This document shows, piece after piece, positions 39,201-41,614 of a DNA stretch of 41,614 nt (position 1 is the stretch's first letter; each line of letters opens with the position of its first letter). The notes under the pieces were generated by a model that was not told the origin of the DNA, searched no databases, and saw only the letters and a program-made list of their open reading frames with translations. The stretch is from Candidatus Bathyarchaeota archaeon (lineage in GTDB: Archaea; Thermoproteota; Bathyarchaeia; Bathyarchaeales; Bathycorpusculaceae): contig CAVTZU010000022.1 in assembly GCA_963739305.1 (NCBI GenBank), positions 1 to 41,614 of the forward strand. The letters are read 5' to 3'. Position numbers and translations under genes: made by a program.

Positions 39201-39645
39201 GAATCTCACCGACCATTCTATCAAGAAACCGCTGATAAAAGAGTTCCCTTTGTGCGTGCACTGAAATGATGACGGACCCAAGCCATAAAGGAAAAATCTC
39301 CTTGCACAAGCTCGTCCGCGCGCGAAAGAAACCCAAAGAAGTGGATAAATGGAACAGTCTTCTTTCCCAGGTTTTTGCTTCAAAGGTTATAGATATCAGA
39401 ATCGCACTTCACAAATTGGCATAGAAGCAACTGAAATGTTATCGGTGAACAAACTCCAATCCAAGTAACACGTGCGTAGAAATCCTCTTTTTTGGTTTTC
39501 CCTGAACTTCAGAACGTAAGCCAACTCTTGAATGTGCTTCTTGTTCTCTGCAGACCTGATCTTGGTGTCGCGCGCGCTATGTTTTTATAGCGCATATCAA
39601 TCGAATGAATGCTTCATAATAGGCAAAAATCAGGAGTGAGCAAAC

Positions 39646-40674
39646 GTGTCTGCAACGCAAGCCGGACCTACAATGCCTTCGATTATTGCGAAGGTCGAGA
39701 ACCTCTCAAAGGCCTTCGGCAAGTTGAAGGCCGTAGATAACGTAAGCTTTGAAGTCAAAATGGGGGAAATTTTTGGTTTCGTTGGCCCTAACGGAGCAGG
39801 CAAGACCACTACCATCAACATGCTTACGACCCTGATCAAGCCTTCATCGGGAAACGCGGTGGTCTGCGGCTATGACATATTCAAGGATGCGAACGAGGTG
39901 CGAAGAAATGTTGGAGTTGTACCGCAGGAGTACACTGCTGACGAGGACATGACTGGAATTAACAACGTCCTCCTCTGCGCTGATCTCTACGGCATACCAA
40001 GAAGTGATTCAAAACCACACGCACAAGAGCTGCTGAAGCTGGTAGAGCTTCAAGACGCTGCAAAGAGGAAGGTGAGCACATACTCAGGAGGAATGCGCAG
40101 GAGACTGGAGCTCGCCTGTGGTTTGATCAATTATCCGAAATTGCTATTCTTGGATGAGCCAACGCTCGGTCTCGACGTTCAAACACGCACTGTGGTCTGG
40201 AAATACATCAAAATGTTAAAAGATGAATACCACATGACCCTCTTTCTGACAACTCATTACCTCGAAGAAGCCGACTCACTCTGCGACAGAATAGCCATAA
40301 TCGATCACGGTCACATCATAAGAATTGGCTCACCTGAAGAGTTGAAGGAAAGCATCGGCGGAGACGTCATCGTGGTCACCCTCAAGGAGACAGAGCCGGA
40401 CATTTCATCCGATATTGCTAACATCAAATTGGTAAAGAACGTTCAGAAGAACGATAACAACTATCGCATAAAGGTGGAGCTCGGAGAGGAAGCCTCCCCA
40501 CAAATCACGGATCTAATTCGATCCAAAGGGCTTCACGTGACGAAAGTCTCGTTGACGAAGCCAACCTTGGACGAGGCATATCTGGAATTTACTGGCCGCA
40601 GCCTGAGGGAAGAAGAAGCTGACAGGATGCAGATGTTCAGACAACGCGTAACGGTGAGAAGAGCAAGATCGTAA
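39646..40674 (+). CDS. DrrA-like ABC exporter ATP-binding subunit
   Basis: GPNGAGKTT, YSGGMRRRLE, LDEPTLGLD, TTHYLEEAD. Confidence 0.94.
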   Translation: MSATQAGPTMPSIIAKVENLSKAFGKLKAVDNVSFEVKMGEIFGFVGPNGAGKTTTINMLTTLIKPSSGNAVVCGYDIFKDANEVRRNVGVVPQEYTADEDMTGINNVLLCADLYGIPRSDSKPHAQELLKLVELQDAAKRKVSTYSGGMRRRLELACGLINYPKLLFLDEPTLGLDVQTRTVVWKYIKMLKDEYHMTLFLTTHYLEEADSLCDRIAIIDHGHIIRIGSPEELKESIGGDVIVVTLKETEPDISSDIANIKLVKNVQKNDNNYRIKVELGEEASPQITDLIRSKGLHVTKVSLTKPTLDEAYLEFTGRSLREEEADRMQMFRQRVTVRRARS

Positions 40675-40689
40675 AATGAGGGAGTGAGT

Positions 40690-41614
40690 ATGGAAAAAAT
40701 CAAACCGACAACAAGCAAGGAAACAGCAAGAGGAGAACAGCCTGAAGAGGTTTCTGCAGAGAAGCAGATGGTAGTCAGGGCGGCTCCAAAACTGAGCAGG
40801 AGTCCCCTGCATGGGTTATGGGCGCTAACGAACAGAGATTTGAGAAAGTGGTACACGAACCCAGTCCAGCTAATCACATCGCTAATCCAACCGGTAGTTT
40901 GGCTCGCGTTGTTCGGCAAAGCCGTGAACTTTGGAGAGTTCATCGCTAAGGCCGGGGGCACGCAAGCGGAGCAAAACGCAATTCTTTTGAACTTATTCGG
41001 CACAACCAGCTACTTTTCATTCCTAGCTTGCGGAATGATTGCCTTTGTCGTCCTGTTCACTTCCGCGTTCAGCGGAATGTCGGTCGTGTTTGACCGCAGG
41101 TTCGGTTTCCTGAACAAGGCTCTGAGCACGCCTGTGGCGCGCGGAGCGATTGTGATGGGCAAAGTCCTCCAAAGTGTAGGTAGGTCGTTGATTCAATCGG
41201 CCATAGTTCTAGTTATCGCAATAATACTCGGGATGGATACAGCTCATTTCACCGTCGTCGGAATTGCGGGCACATTCGTCATCATTTTCCTCATGGCCAC
41301 GGGGCTGTCAGCGTTATTCACTATGCTCGCGTTGAGATCAAGTGATTGGCAGACACAAGTGGCTATCATCAACCTTATCAACCTGCCCCTGCTGTTCGCA
41401 AGCAACGCAATATTCCCCGTAACGATAATGCCAACTTGGCTTCAAGACGTCGTGAAGGTCAACCCAGTCAGTTACGCTAATGATGCAGTAAGACAACTGT
41501 TGATAGGCGCGACAGGTTCGAACAGCCTTTTGCTAGACTTTGGGGTCTTGATTGGGTTCGCGATTGTATTATCTGCAATTGGAATCGTCCTCTCTTGGAG
41601 ACTCCTTTCCAAGT
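40690..41614 (+). CDS. ABC-2 type permease (DrrB-like), runs off the window end
   Basis: ATG 40690; DRRFGFL...TPVARGAI; NLPLLFASNAIFP; NPVSYANDAVR; no stop before the end. Confidence 0.9.
   Translation, partial: MEKIKPTTSKETARGEQPEEVSAEKQMVVRAAPKLSRSPLHGLWALTNRDLRKWYTNPVQLITSLIQPVVWLALFGKAVNFGEFIAKAGGTQAEQNAILLNLFGTTSYFSFLACGMIAFVVLFTSAFSGMSVVFDRRFGFLNKALSTPVARGAIVMGKVLQSVGRSLIQSAIVLVIAIILGMDTAHFTVVGIAGTFVIIFLMATGLSALFTMLALRSSDWQTQVAIINLINLPLLFASNAIFPVTIMPTWLQDVVKVNPVSYANDAVRQLLIGATGSNSLLLDFGVLIGFAIVLSAIGIVLSWRLLSK

Noticed and set aside
39230-39310. CTGA-A-ATGATGA box pair and a short 16S-like CTCCTTGCACA
   Set aside because: No terminal D box; the rRNA-like match is sense and short

Overview
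Archaeal chromosome segment, most consistent with Bathyarchaeia/TACK (inferred from gene content: egsA, psmB-aCPSF1, SepF, Sm-rpl37e, uS10, eL22-like protein, ATP-dependent ligase, cohesin/dockerin surface proteins). Positions 1-5.7 kb are an AT-rich accessory region. It contains small unrelated genes punctuated by five ~50-bp direct repeats (promoter+RBS-like); the first repeat truncates a TspO-like gene. A cohesin/dockerin surface-protein cluster (6.0-9.4 kb) is followed by housekeeping genes (11-29 kb) and transport/envelope/regulatory genes (29-41.6 kb). Main non-obvious signals: (i) two inverted copies of a ~77-bp G-tract element (9481-9556, 28219-28296), each at the centre of a multi-kb A+C versus G+T strand skew that follows element orientation rather than gene direction; (ii) the repeat-punctuated cassette array; (iii) an unannotated box C/D sRNA predicted to guide 16S Cm1402 and 23S Cm1920; (iv) a duplicated 34-bp operator; (v) recurrent intergenic (CG)n palindromes. 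No tRNA, rRNA, CRISPR, integrase or transposase was recognised. Several accessory genes carry frameshifts that may be sequencing errors.
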